In this document: positions 62,710 to 64,000 of the stretch, piece by piece
Layout of the letters: every line of letters begins with the position of its first letter
Numbering within the stretch: the first letter of the stretch is position 1
Position numbers and translations under genes: made by a program
The notes under the pieces: generated by a model
Told to the model about the DNA's origin: nothing
The model's database searches: none
Seen by the model: the letters and a program-made list of their open reading frames with translations, nothing else
Source: Amphiscolops sp. MND2022
Lineage: Eukaryota
DNA: 64,000 nucleotides
Direction of reading: 5' to 3'
Assembly (NCBI GenBank): GCA_964187785.1
Contig: OZ076409.1
Location: forward strand, 83,392,001-83,456,000

Positions 62710-64000
62710 TGTCATATGATAAATACATCAGTGCCACTTGTCTCTTTTCAATAGAGGACAGGAGCCAATGTCAGGTCCGTCAACTGATAATTGGTCAAGC
62801 TGCTGGAACCTTGGTTTTTGAAGCAATGGGCCGCGGGTTCGAATCTCACAAGTGTTATACGGTGTTGATTCCGAATGACCTCTACAAAAACATAGACTAC
62901 TTAACAAGTTGTTTACAAACAAACTTGAAATCATAGAACTATATTTTGTATACATTATTCGTATAGTTTTGATACGAGATAGACATACAAAATAAATCAG
63001 ATCTTTTACAGTTTTCCCTTATCTTAACTTAACTTAGAAATACAACATGGCGCAGTCAGCCAATTTTTAACAAAATTGCAACGAACTTTTACCAACATGG
63101 CTGAACGAAGCATAGTACCGAACTTAGAAGCAAAAGCTCAGATGGAAACCCGGTCTTCACACCGAGACAATGGTTAGAAAGATTCCGGCAATTCTGCAAA
63201 CGGGAACACAAAATAGATATCACTCCACTAATGAAAGGAGAATAAACAACCAATTGGTCCGGAAAATAACAAACCATACAAGAAGATTTTATATGGGGTG
63301 TGGGAGCGGAAGCGCTCTATCAAATAACCAGGGCCGAATACAAAACGGAACCCGACAGTATCAAAATATTAGACCTAATCCGGTTATTCACCGAGTTCTA
63401 TATGCCGAAACGAAACACTTACCACAACCGAGGAAATTTCTTCTGGGCAAAACAGACCAAAGAGGAGACACCGGAAGAATTCTGGAGACGGTTAATCGAA
63501 ATCGAAAAAGAATGTAATTTTAATACGATCTCGGCTGAAGAACAGCTAATATCGAAGTACATGACAACAATCACCATTAAAAAATTACGGGACAAAATAA
63601 TGAAAGAAAAAACTTTGGAAATAAAGAATACAATCGAATTAAGAAAACAAAACACGTATGAAAAGAAAAACAAAAAGAATACAATTCCGGAAGCTCTGAT
63701 ATCAACGAAAGAAAAACACATAATAAAAGAAGAACCAATACAAAGAATGGAACGATACGGAGCGAAACCGAAGAACAAAAATTTCGGAAACCGACCGTGT
63801 AGATACTGCAATGCTCCGAACTGGACACCACTGCATAAATGTCCTGCAACCGAAGTAAACTGTAACAAGTGCGGAAGGAAAGGACACTACGCGAGAGCAT
63901 GCAGACAGAAATTCAACAGCAGCCGAACAGTGAAAAGACTAACCGAAGATGAAATAAATGACCCGAACGAATCATCATGCGAGTCAGAAGAAGACATACA
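62710..64000 (+). mobile_element. Ty3/Gypsy LTR retrotransposon (element 3, same family as element 2), cut off by the window end
   Basis: LTR TGTCATA...TACAACA at 62710-63047; the same PBS TGGCGCAGTCAG at 63048-63059; gag from ATG 63097 closely similar to element 2 gag, frameshifted, with CRYCNAPNWTPLHKC and CNKCGRKGHYARAC knuckles. Confidence 0.92.

Noticed and set aside
62781..62855. A functional tRNA gene
   Set aside because: It has a B box and a T-arm-like stem but no convincing acceptor stem or D-arm. It is kept only as a tRNA-like module in an LTR.

Overview
AT-rich, intron-containing, transposon-rich animal DNA; the species cannot be identified from the sequence. The centre holds one complete minus-strand TALE-class homeobox gene, Meis/homothorax. 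I reconstructed it by hand as 13 GT-AG coding exons from 49554 to 16732 (2130 nt, 709 aa), with all intron phases consistent. It is flanked by three degenerate Ty3/Gypsy LTR retrotransposons: 9523-14754 (+, GTGCT target-site duplication, TSD), 51765-57549 (-), and 62710 to the window end (+). There is also a DD34E Tc1 transposon (60964-62525), two families of non-autonomous Helentron/HINE-like elements, several MITEs and a degenerate ~1 kb tandem repeat. The most unusual observations are: (1) a 334-bp element with terminal inverted repeats (TIRs) inside the Tc1 transposase, whose ends plus a GG duplication form an exact GT..AG intron that would restore a 333-aa ORF (introner-like); (2) a tRNA-like A/B-box module in one LTR that its sister LTR lacks; (3) an LTR duplicated together with ~80 bp of its flank; (4) candidate alternative N- and C-termini of Meis. 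All alignments were made by eye, so repeat boundaries are approximate.
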